A DNA stretch of 39,786 nt, taken from Armatimonadota bacterium (lineage in GTDB: Bacteria; Armatimonadota; Armatimonadia; Armatimonadales; Armatimonadaceae). The notes below the pieces were generated by a model. That model ran no database searches and was not told where the DNA came from. It saw only the letters and a list, made by a program, of their open reading frames with translations. Position numbers and translations under genes: made by a program. Shown in pieces: positions 1-8,770 of the stretch (position 1 is the stretch's first letter; each line of letters begins with the position of its first letter). The stretch lies in contig JAYUUO010000121.1 of the NCBI GenBank assembly GCA_043754515.1, forward strand, positions 1 to 39,786, in the 5' to 3' direction.

Positions 1-35
1 ACGGGTCTCCCCGTTCCGCGCCGCTATACGCCCGG

Positions 36-1409
36 TCACCCACGCCCGAGCACCGTCACCATTCCTTGCACCGTGGCTTGCACGAGTTGTGGGAACGCCA
101 CCGTCGCCATGCCTTCGACGCCCGTGTGAAGAACCTCGCGTAGCGGCTCCGTCCACTCGACGCCGATGCCAGACCGCCCGCGCAGAATGCCGATGATGCT
201 TCCCACCGTGGCACCGTTCGAGTCGGTCTCCAGGCACCCCTGCACCGCCTTACAGACGGACGGCCCGAACTCCCCTTCGCCCCACAAAAGCGCGACCGCG
301 ATGATCTGCGCGTTCGGGATCGCGTGACGGGCGAAGTGGGCGTACCGGTCGTCCCATTGCGCGTGTATTCGTCCGATGGCGTCGTCGTACGCAACGCCCG
401 CCGTTCGCCACTCCAGCACGGTTTGTATCGCCTGCGTCAGGCGGCAAGATTCGGGGATCTGCGCCAGCCCCGCCCGGATTACGGTCGCCACATTGTCCGT
501 TACAAACGCCGCCGCCGTCATCGCGGCGATCCACATCGCCGCATAGATACCGTTGCGGACGTGCGATACGGAAGCGTCCCGCCACGCGAACTCGGCCGCC
601 CTCTCGGGGTTTCCCGCGGATACGTAGCCCCAGTAGTCTCCGCGAATGGCCGCGCCGTTCCACTCACGGAACGGGTTGCGGTACTTCGCCGTCTCCGGCG
701 GGTTGATACCAAGACAAAGATTCCTGTACGCGATACACTCGGCGGATTGCATGTGCATCACCGGCAGGTTTTCCAGCCACAGCGAGCCGACCTGCTCGGG
801 AGTCACGCCGACCCCGAAGCGAGAGAGTGCCGACATGCCGAGCACCGTGTAGTTTAGCTCGTCATCCTCTATCATGCCGTTGCGCAACCGATCCGCCCAG
901 GGATGCTCCGGGTCATCGGCTTGCAACTCGTATTGATCCAGTAGCTCCGCGCGGTCCTTGATCTTCTCCCACTTGACGTAGCCCTCGAGCGGGAACCGCT
1001 CTATCGCTTTGAGTAGGCCCCACGACTGCGTGTGTTGCTTCCCCTCGAACGGCAGTCCGAGCAGACAACCCGCGCAACGCCCCGCCCACGCCCCGCCGAC
1101 CTGATCCTGCAAACGGGCGAAGTCCTGTTTGTTAAGCACCGGCAGTTCAGGAGCTTCCGCCGGGCGCGCCTCGCGTATCGCGACTAGGTTACTCGGCTCT
1201 TGGAAAGGAAACTCATCGGAGAGCGGTAGTTGTATGGTCTGGTCGAGCAGGTTTTGCGCGGGCGTCCAGTTCGCCCGGCGCGACAGATCTGTGGAGAGTA
1301 CCTGGTCGAACCAGACCTCCACGCTGTCCATCTCGCGTCCTTCGGCGCGGCACTGCTCGCGCTCGGCTTCCATAGCGACGCGGTTTATGGCGAGCCACGA
1401 ATGCTTCAT
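36..1409 (-). CDS. ADP-ribosylglycohydrolase family protein
   Basis: Motifs GAWAGRCAGCLLG, EDDELNYT, NPFREWNGAAIRGD, RDASVSHVRNGIY and ETDSNGATVGSI. Start moved to ATG 1409 (MKHSW), which has an AGGAG Shine-Dalgarno upstream. Confidence 0.85.
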   Translation of the reverse strand: MKHSWLAINRVAMEAEREQCRAEGREMDSVEVWFDQVLSTDLSRRANWTPAQNLLDQTIQLPLSDEFPFQEPSNLVAIREARPAEAPELPVLNKQDFARLQDQVGGAWAGRCAGCLLGLPFEGKQHTQSWGLLKAIERFPLEGYVKWEKIKDRAELLDQYELQADDPEHPWADRLRNGMIEDDELNYTVLGMSALSRFGVGVTPEQVGSLWLENLPVMHMQSAECIAYRNLCLGINPPETAKYRNPFREWNGAAIRGDYWGYVSAGNPERAAEFAWRDASVSHVRNGIYAAMWIAAMTAAAFVTDNVATVIRAGLAQIPESCRLTQAIQTVLEWRTAGVAYDDAIGRIHAQWDDRYAHFARHAIPNAQIIAVALLWGEGEFGPSVCKAVQGCLETDSNGATVGSIIGILRGRSGIGVEWTEPLREVLHTGVEGMATVAFPQLVQATVQGMVTVLGRG

Positions 1410-1491
1410 CGGTTGTCGGCTCCTTCTAAATGGGTATGGCTTGCTTTTCACCTCGCGCGAACCTTTTTCCTGCCGGTACAATGAAAGAGCA

Positions 1492-2256
1492 ATGTTTCCA
1501 ACCTTCGGTGAACGACTTCTCGTGCTGGGACAGACCGCGTCAACGCAAGACGACGCGAAGCGTCTGGTCGAAACGCGAGGGGCGGAAGCGGCGGGAACCG
1601 CCGTTTACACCGAGCATCAGACGGCGGGACGCGGGCGGTTCGGCAGGGCGTGGCACGCGCCGCGCGGTGCGAACGTCTGCCTGACCGTTATCGCGGGCCC
1701 GGTCCCCTTCGCCCAACTATGGCGAGTGACGTTCGTGACGGGCGTCGCGGTCGCCGACGCGCTATGCGAGTTTGCCACTGACACGGACGTGAGGTTACGC
1801 TTCCCCAACGATATTCTGCTGAACGGCAAGAAAGTGGGCGGGATTCTGGTTGAAGCAGAGTCCGGCTCTGGCATTCCGGCGGGCACGTCACTTCCGCTAA
1901 TCGGAATCGGGATCAACGTTCGCGGCGACACGGACGTAATGCCGCCCGATGTCGCGGTCCGCGCTACGACCATCGCGCGGGAGACCGGCGCGACGTTGCC
2001 ACTTGCGGATGTGCGCGACACTATCCTGCGAAGCCTTTCCGCAACCTGGGAAGACTGGTCGGGCGGCGGAAGTTTCGCGTCCATCCTCGCCCGGTGGGAC
2101 GCGCTCCACGACCGGGACTCGCGGCGAATATTCATTCTTGACGGCGAACCCGTTTCCTGCCGTGTGAACCACATTTCGGAGGAGGGCCACGCCCTGATCG
2201 AGTTGCCGGACGGTGCCACGCGCCGAGCATCCGTGTCACAAATAATCCTGGGCTAA
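1492..2256 (+). CDS. birA: Biotin--[acetyl-CoA-carboxylase] ligase, class I (no N-terminal HTH)
   Basis: STQD, QTAGRGRFGRAW, FPNDILLNGKKVGGILVE and IGIGINV motifs. Start at ATG 1492, 9 nt after a TACAAT box. Confidence 0.92.
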   Translation: MFPTFGERLLVLGQTASTQDDAKRLVETRGAEAAGTAVYTEHQTAGRGRFGRAWHAPRGANVCLTVIAGPVPFAQLWRVTFVTGVAVADALCEFATDTDVRLRFPNDILLNGKKVGGILVEAESGSGIPAGTSLPLIGIGINVRGDTDVMPPDVAVRATTIARETGATLPLADVRDTILRSLSATWEDWSGGGSFASILARWDALHDRDSRRIFILDGEPVSCRVNHISEEGHALIELPDGATRRASVSQIILG

Positions 2257-2309
2257 TCGCGCGGGACGAAGAAAAAGGAACTACCCGGCGCGGTGCCGAA
2301 AGATGAGCA

Positions 2310-3938
2310 ATGACACGCTCTCGCTTACACCCGTTTTTCGGCCTCTTTCTGCTAATCGCGGGATCGCGCGCTGCCCTCGCCGCCGACCCGCCGGTAGCAC
2401 CTGCCACCGCGCCACCTGCTTCGGCGGCACCGGTCGCCCCCACCCCGGCCACCCCGGTGGCCCCGGTTGTGGAAATCCCGGACTACGTGGGGGCGGTCTG
2501 GGAACCCGCCTCGCCGAAGAACTTTAAGCCGTCCAACCGTCCCTCCCCCGAACAGGCGATTGACCGAATCGTGATCCACGACATCGAAGGCTCGGCGATG
2601 TCGGCGGTGCGCTGGTTCCAGAACGATGTCGCGGAGGTATCGTCACACTATGTCGTGGACGGCAAGACCGGGTGCGTCTACCAGATGGTTAAAGAGCGCG
2701 ACATCGCCTGGCACGCGGGCGACCGCATCACCAACGCCCGTGCCGTCGGCATCGAGCACGAGGGGTTCGGCTACAAGCCGGGTTACTTCAACGGGGTCGA
2801 GTACGAGGCATCCGCGCGGCTCGTGCGCGACATCGCGTTGCGCTATAACATCCCCCGCGACCGCGCCCACATCATCGGGCATTTCGAGGTGCCGGACTCG
2901 GCCAATCCGGGTAAGTTCGGCGGGCGGGGTGGGCATACCGACCCCGGACCGTACTGGGACTGGGATTACTTGATGGCCCTGATCCGCAACGCGGCGACCC
3001 AGAGTTCGGGCTATTTGAGCGGCATCACTCTTCACCCTGGCGAGACTCGGGATCTCGCGTTCGCCCTCACCAACACCGGTGATGACGTATGGCTCGCCGA
3101 CCTCAAGGCGGCGGAAGACGCGCGGTTGCGGACAATAGGCCCGGTGTACCTCGGTGCCTACGCGACCGGGGGCGCGGCATGGGGGCCGGAAAGTGCTTTC
3201 TATGGGGAGGGCTGGGTCAGCACGCGCTTCGTCGCATCGTCCGCTACGGGCGACGTGCCTCCCGGCGCGTCGGGTACATTTTCGGTGCCGCTTCACACCC
3301 CGTTAGATGTGCTAGGGAACGTCACCGAGACGTTCCGCCTGTACAAGGTGCCGCCCGCCCCGCATCTGCCGGTGCCTTTCGGCCCGACTATTTCGGTAGC
3401 CGTAAGTATCGAGCCGTGGGAAGTGGTTGTGCCTCTCCCCCCCGCGCCCCCCGCCGGGTGGAATGCGAAAACGCTACCAGATAGCGCGGGGACGCCTGAC
3501 AGGGGAGCGCGGGTGTTCTGGCACAAGGGCGGGAAGGCGGGCGGTGTCGGGACAACAGCGAACGCGACGCGCTGGCAGACCGACCTGCCGCAACCTGGCT
3601 TGTGGGATGTTTACGCACGCTACCCGCAGGGGAAGGGCCGGACACAGGGCGCGACTTACCGGATTACCACGGCGACCGACGGCGTGCGGACGCGGACGCT
3701 GGATCAGCGGGGGAGCGGCGGGCGGTGGCAGTTCTTAGGTCGCTACCGGTTCGCCGTCGCGCCGCGGTCAGCGGAGCCCGGAGTTCGTCCCGGCAACGTA
3801 TTGCCGAAGGTACCGATGGCCCAGGGCGTAGTCGAACTGATACCGGGAGGGGGCGGCGTGACCGTGGCGGGCGACGTGTCTTTCATCGGCCCATACCCGG
3901 CGAGTTCTCCGCCGGGCGAACCCGTCCATCTCCCTTGA
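2310..3938 (+). CDS. Secreted N-acetylmuramoyl-L-alanine amidase (Amidase_2) with Ig-like and C-terminal golvesin-like domains
   Basis: Signal peptide, Pro/Ala linker, motifs IVIHDIEG, SSHY, AWHAG, GIEHEG, GHFEV and HTDPGPYWDW. The C-terminal WDVYARYP...LDQRGSGGRWQFLGRY pattern is golvesin-like. Confidence 0.88.
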   Translation: MTRSRLHPFFGLFLLIAGSRAALAADPPVAPATAPPASAAPVAPTPATPVAPVVEIPDYVGAVWEPASPKNFKPSNRPSPEQAIDRIVIHDIEGSAMSAVRWFQNDVAEVSSHYVVDGKTGCVYQMVKERDIAWHAGDRITNARAVGIEHEGFGYKPGYFNGVEYEASARLVRDIALRYNIPRDRAHIIGHFEVPDSANPGKFGGRGGHTDPGPYWDWDYLMALIRNAATQSSGYLSGITLHPGETRDLAFALTNTGDDVWLADLKAAEDARLRTIGPVYLGAYATGGAAWGPESAFYGEGWVSTRFVASSATGDVPPGASGTFSVPLHTPLDVLGNVTETFRLYKVPPAPHLPVPFGPTISVAVSIEPWEVVVPLPPAPPAGWNAKTLPDSAGTPDRGARVFWHKGGKAGGVGTTANATRWQTDLPQPGLWDVYARYPQGKGRTQGATYRITTATDGVRTRTLDQRGSGGRWQFLGRYRFAVAPRSAEPGVRPGNVLPKVPMAQGVVELIPGGGGVTVAGDVSFIGPYPASSPPGEPVHLP

Positions 3939-3983
3939 GTCAGCGAAATATTACGGATATGGGTGCGAAACCGCGCCGCGCAA

Positions 3984-4013
3984 TGCAACCTATTTCCTCT
4001 GACGCGCGTCTAA
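3984..4013 (+). promoter_or_regulatory. Putative ECF-sigma promoter for the 4060 gene
   Basis: TGCAAC, 17 nt, then CGTCTAA; fits the AAC-N17-CGT consensus of ECF promoters. Confidence 0.45.
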
Positions 4014-4059
4014 TAATTACGTCGCGGACATCGCGGCGCGGGCGTGGGGAGATGAAAGA

Positions 4060-4452
4060 ATGATCGCACCTAAATTAGTACAATTCGCCGGAAGCCAGGC
4101 CGCCAGGCAGACCCTACAGAAACATAGCAAGACGGGCGGTGCCCTTGATCTGAAGTTCGGGATGCACCTGTTATTTCGCGAGCGGGAGGTTTCGCCACTG
4201 CATAAACTGCTTGCGCTCGGCCTGGGTGCGGCACTGACGTGGTTCCTTATCGCGCTGGAAACGCCGCTCGAGGCGATAGTGGCGACGTTCCTGCCGCTGG
4301 CGGGGATTGCGATTGACGCACTGATAGACGGTGCGGAAGTGATTATCTGTCCGCTAATATTCGCGTCGCTGATGCTCCCGTACCTGGCACCGAAGGTGCT
4401 GGTGGAGGCACTCCGAAGCACGCGTTCGGGCATGCCGCAACCGATCCGCTAG
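4060..4452 (+). CDS. Small hypothetical membrane protein
   Basis: 130-aa ORF with GGGAGA SD and hydrophobic segments, followed by a terminator. Confidence 0.7.
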   Translation: MIAPKLVQFAGSQAARQTLQKHSKTGGALDLKFGMHLLFREREVSPLHKLLALGLGAALTWFLIALETPLEAIVATFLPLAGIAIDALIDGAEVIICPLIFASLMLPYLAPKVLVEALRSTRSGMPQPIR

Positions 4453-4492
4453 GCGGAATCCGGTGTGACACCGCTAAAGTCGGGTAGATAAT

Positions 4493-4528
4493 AGGGCGCG
4501 TCTGGATAGCCAGACGCGCCCTTTTATT
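4493..4528 (+). terminator. Intrinsic terminator between convergent genes
   Basis: 13-bp stem AGGGCGCGTCTGG/CCAGACGCGCCCT, ATAG loop, followed by TTTATT. Confidence 0.75.
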
Positions 4529-4552
4529 GCCATACTGTGACGCGGTTTCCTC

Positions 4553-6538
4553 TCAGCCGCCCCAAAATGAGTACGGCGTCACCCCGAGATACAAGCCGAT
4601 CAGGTGCCACAGGCAACCTACCACCATCTGCCCCAGCACCAGTCCCAGGAAGAACGGCATCGCGGCGCGATACAGGCGCACGCCCCCGTAGCGCAGTATC
4701 AGCCCTTTGCAGATCCAGGCGATAAGGAGTGGCATCCAGACCAGGTTCATGCTCCAGGACGACGAAATAGCGTAGCCGATGGGGTGGAGCGGCCACCACG
4801 GCACCCGAATTCGTAGCACCATCAGGAGCACGCAGAATAGGAACCCGACCAGAATAGCGACTTGCCCGTACACACTCGGCGGCGTCGGCGCATGCATCCA
4901 GCCGCTCAGCCGGTTGTACATCTCCCAGGCGAACCCCGCCCCCTGGCCAAACTTCGCCTGCGTTCCATACGCGTACGCGCAGTGCAGAAACGCCCAGAAT
5001 GTTGCCAGGGTGCCGGTAATACCCGCGAGGATCAGGCACCAGAACATCGTTTTGCGGCTGGCCTTCAGGTCACTGACCGCCTTCTCCCCCTCTATCATTA
5101 TGGGCTGCGGGTGCGAGCGGTAGGCGCGGTTGAACCAGTAAAAGAACGAGAGTCCCGTGAGATCCCGCGCACCGAACGCGGCAGTGCCCGCGACCCGGGT
5201 CATCATGTGATCCGGCCCGCTGAAATGCAGGTCATGGACAGGCGGACCCAATTCGGCGCGTAGCCGGGTCACGGCGAGCGACAGCGCGAAGTAGATCGCG
5301 AACGCGGTCGCGGCGACCTGGGGAGACATTCCCGCCCAGACCATGAAGGCGACCAGCGCGCCGAACCCGGCGAGGCCGCCGAGTATCGCCGCCCGATAAG
5401 ACAGGCCTTCCGTCCGGTCATCCAACTCGGACGTCTCCCCAAAGGCCCGCTTGATCAACTCGCGGAAGTAGCCGCGCCCGTTCCAGAGCATAAATACCAG
5501 GATCGCCGCGTACCCGCCGAACGCCTGCTCGCGCAGGAACGGGAAGTCGGGCACGACGTCGAGCGCGAACTGACGTGACAGGATCAGTTGTGCCTTCCAG
5601 AAGAGGTAGAACGACCAGCAGGAAAACAGCAGGTCGAGCGGCAACAGATAGCCGAGACCGATCACGAACGGGTAGAACGAGTAGGTTGTGAATCCGACCG
5701 CGTTCCACGGGCGCACCGCCCAAATCCCCTGCCCCTCTATGTCGTGGTGTTGCAGATTGAGGGCCGGGACTGCCGGGTACAGGTAGTGCAACCCGTTGAT
5801 AATCTCGATCACCGCGCACAGCCCGAATCCCCACCAGAAAAGACCGCTCCGCCACAGTTTCGCTTCAGGGTCGGTCATCTGTAGGGGGATCTCGATCACG
5901 GGGAATGGTAGCCGCTCCCGCTCCTGCCAGCCGCGCCGAACCAGCACGTTCAGGCACTGCATGACCCAGAGCAGTAGCACAATAAATAGAGACCAGAGCG
6001 CGACCGGCTTGACCCATAGGCGGTAGTTTTCGGGCCGGTATAGATCGGCGTTCCCCTGGTAGTAGCCCGCGAGCGCGGTCTTGTCAGACACGAGCAGATC
6101 CGCGGGAAGGTACGCCCCGAAGTTCGTCAGGTAGCCGTTCGCGGCGTTGTCGAAGTGGTACGGGTGCCCGAGCATCTGGATCAGGCACGGGATCATGTCG
6201 TGTCCGGCGAGCGCGGAGCCGAGCGCGACCATAGAGTAGACGGTGAGGAGTTCGGCCTGTGACAGCGCGGCGCGTGGCACCACGCGTGCGACCAACGCGT
6301 TTACTAGTAGCACCGCGATCAGCGTGAAGAACGCGTTGGCGAACAGCGAGATGGTCGTGAAATACGGGCCGTGTCCCACCTTTTCAGCGAGGATCACCCA
6401 CCAGACATTGGCGATCGTGAGCGGTAGCCCAACGAGTAGAGTGCTCCACCAGCGTAATCGGTTCGGCGCGGCGCGGCGCGGGGGTGGCTTCGCGAGAATA
6501 CCAGCGTCGTTCGGGGCACGGTCCGTCTTTGAAACCAT
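4553..6538 (-). CDS. Polytopic membrane protein, DUF6785/DUF6784 type (possible transporter)
   Basis: 661 aa with many TM segments; motifs ELLTVY, WQERERLPFP, RLRAELG and WWPLHPIGY...KGLILRYGG...PFFLGLVLG. Confidence 0.75.
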   Translation of the reverse strand: MVSKTDRAPNDAGILAKPPPRRAAPNRLRWWSTLLVGLPLTIANVWWVILAEKVGHGPYFTTISLFANAFFTLIAVLLVNALVARVVPRAALSQAELLTVYSMVALGSALAGHDMIPCLIQMLGHPYHFDNAANGYLTNFGAYLPADLLVSDKTALAGYYQGNADLYRPENYRLWVKPVALWSLFIVLLLWVMQCLNVLVRRGWQERERLPFPVIEIPLQMTDPEAKLWRSGLFWWGFGLCAVIEIINGLHYLYPAVPALNLQHHDIEGQGIWAVRPWNAVGFTTYSFYPFVIGLGYLLPLDLLFSCWSFYLFWKAQLILSRQFALDVVPDFPFLREQAFGGYAAILVFMLWNGRGYFRELIKRAFGETSELDDRTEGLSYRAAILGGLAGFGALVAFMVWAGMSPQVAATAFAIYFALSLAVTRLRAELGPPVHDLHFSGPDHMMTRVAGTAAFGARDLTGLSFFYWFNRAYRSHPQPIMIEGEKAVSDLKASRKTMFWCLILAGITGTLATFWAFLHCAYAYGTQAKFGQGAGFAWEMYNRLSGWMHAPTPPSVYGQVAILVGFLFCVLLMVLRIRVPWWPLHPIGYAISSSWSMNLVWMPLLIAWICKGLILRYGGVRLYRAAMPFFLGLVLGQMVVGCLWHLIGLYLGVTPYSFWGG

Positions 6539-6585
6539 GCTCCATTATCGCAGGAAAAAGTACCGTGCGCAACGAAACAGGGATA

Positions 6586-8742
6586 GTGCCTTCATTTCCC
6601 TACCTTCTCTATTATGTTGCCATCTCAGCACTCGCTATAATTATCCCCCCGCCCCGCGCATTCGCCGCGCCCCCTGCGCCCCGACGCTATGTGCTCACGA
6701 TCGCCCGGACACCCACGCGGCGCGTTCGCCCCGATGAGGCGGTGGGGATGGGAATTGACGGGAGCGATCACGGGACCACGGACCGTTTATTACACCCCGA
6801 CACGCTCCGCGCCTTGCGGTCGCTCCGCCTCCCGAACCTGACGTACCGGTTACGCACGGAACTCGCCATTGAGACGTGGCACTGGAACCCTGAAGGCGTC
6901 TGGAGCGACCCTGCTCACGAGCGGGGCTACTTCGTGTCTGGCGTAGCGGGTGGCGGCGCGATCCGTCGTAGCTGGGGCTACCGACTGCCCCGGCGCGGCT
7001 CCACCGGGGATCAGGCGAACAACGACGGCTACTCGCGCCTAGCCGATAACGACCGCGCCACCTTCTGGAAGTCGAACCCGTACCTCGACCCTTATTTCAC
7101 CGGCGACCCGGCGACCGCGCACCCGCAGTGGATCGTGGTTGACCTCGGGCGCATCCTTCCCGTGAATGCCGTTCGCGTGGAATGGGCGGTGCCCTACGCG
7201 ACCCGCTGGCGCGTCGAGTACTGCATCACCGCCCCCGGCGACGAAGGCGGCGAGTTTTCCGCGACATTTAACGCTGGCGCGAAGTGGCACCCGTTCCCTG
7301 GCGGCGCGGTCACGAATGGCTCGGGCGGCATACAAACTGTTCGGCTGGGCAAGACCCCACGCGCGACCCGCTTCGTGCGCATCACGCTCGCGGGCGGCTC
7401 GCGCACCGCCCCCTCGGGTGGCACGGGCGACATCCGCGATGCGCTCGGCTACGCCGCGCGCGAGATCGGCGTCGGCGTGATCGGGGCGTCCGGCGCGTTC
7501 GCCGATCACGTCCGGCACGTCCCGGACGGCAAAGAGCAGACCATAATCCACGTGTCATCGTCCGACCCGTGGCACCGTGCCACCGACCGCGACATAGACA
7601 CCGAACAGCCCGGTCTCGACCCGCTCTTCGCCGCCAAACTCTCGTCGCGCCCGATAATGCTCCCGGTCGGCATCGTGTACGATACGCCGGAAAACGCCGC
7701 TAATCTCCTCCGTTACGCGCGCCGCCACCGCTTCCCGGTGACACAGATCGAACTCGGCGAGGAGCCAGACGGTCAATACCTTTCGCCGGAGGATTACGGC
7801 GCGTTGTATGTCCGGTTCGCCCGCGCCCTGCGCCGCGTTGACCCCGCCATAAAGCTCGGCGGCCCATCGCTACAGACCGCGACCGACGGATGGATCCACT
7901 GGCCGGACGCGGCGGGCGACACGTCCTGGATGCGCCGGTTCCTGGCGTACCTGCGCCAGCATCGCGCATCGGACACGTTCAACTTCTTCTCGCTGGAATG
8001 GTACCCGTTCGACATTCTCACCCCGTCGTCCGAGTCGCTCCTGCGCTCGCACCCCGCCCTGCTCGACGACTCGCTGACACGCCTCGCCCGCGAGGGAGTC
8101 CCGACCGACATCCCTTGGGTTATTTCGGAACTAGGTTGGTCGCCATTCTCGTCGCAAAGCGAGGTCGAGCTACCCGGCACGTTACTAGATGCCGAGATCG
8201 TCGCCCGGTTTCTGACGAAGCAGAACGGCACCGCCTACTTCTACGGCGTGCAACCGGGTGCGCTTGAGTTCGAGGAGGGCGCGACAGCGGGCGTCTCGTG
8301 GGGCGGCCTGTTCGCGTTTCTGGCGGACGACACCGGGCGCGTAACGGCGACGCTACCCACGGCGTGGACGGCACGGATGCTGATGGACGGCTGGTTTCAG
8401 GTGGGGGCGGGGGATCAGTGGCACACGCTGTACGAGGCGACCGCCCGCCGCGCACGCACGGGCAAGGACAACGACGCGGTCGGCACATACGCTTTGAGGC
8501 AACCCGGCGGCAGATGGTCGGTGCTACTCCTCAACCGCGACGCACGGAACGCGTGCCGGGTCACACTCCCGACACGTAACCCGGTGTCCGTCCAGCAGTA
8601 CGGCCCGGCACAGTATAAGTGGCATCCAAACGGCGCGGGGGGCCGTCCCGCCTATTCCCGCCCTCCGCGCCGGTTCGTGGAGGTCACACGCACGCTTACC
8701 CTACCCCCGATGTCGCTCACCGTCGCCACCTGGGTCCCTTAG
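6586..8742 (+). CDS. Secreted discoidin (F5/8 type C) domain protein with a glycoside hydrolase-like (clan GH-A) barrel
   Basis: Signal peptide from GTG 6586 (GTG 6565 also possible). Discoidin motifs DNDRATFWKS, PQWIVVDLG and TRFVRI; candidate catalytic motifs ELGEEPDG and ISELG. Confidence 0.7.
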   Translation: MPSFPYLLYYVAISALAIIIPPPRAFAAPPAPRRYVLTIARTPTRRVRPDEAVGMGIDGSDHGTTDRLLHPDTLRALRSLRLPNLTYRLRTELAIETWHWNPEGVWSDPAHERGYFVSGVAGGGAIRRSWGYRLPRRGSTGDQANNDGYSRLADNDRATFWKSNPYLDPYFTGDPATAHPQWIVVDLGRILPVNAVRVEWAVPYATRWRVEYCITAPGDEGGEFSATFNAGAKWHPFPGGAVTNGSGGIQTVRLGKTPRATRFVRITLAGGSRTAPSGGTGDIRDALGYAAREIGVGVIGASGAFADHVRHVPDGKEQTIIHVSSSDPWHRATDRDIDTEQPGLDPLFAAKLSSRPIMLPVGIVYDTPENAANLLRYARRHRFPVTQIELGEEPDGQYLSPEDYGALYVRFARALRRVDPAIKLGGPSLQTATDGWIHWPDAAGDTSWMRRFLAYLRQHRASDTFNFFSLEWYPFDILTPSSESLLRSHPALLDDSLTRLAREGVPTDIPWVISELGWSPFSSQSEVELPGTLLDAEIVARFLTKQNGTAYFYGVQPGALEFEEGATAGVSWGGLFAFLADDTGRVTATLPTAWTARMLMDGWFQVGAGDQWHTLYEATARRARTGKDNDAVGTYALRQPGGRWSVLLLNRDARNACRVTLPTRNPVSVQQYGPAQYKWHPNGAGGRPAYSRPPRRFVEVTRTLTLPPMSLTVATWVP

Positions 8743-8770
8743 CCCACGCGCGGTACTGTACAATAGTGGC

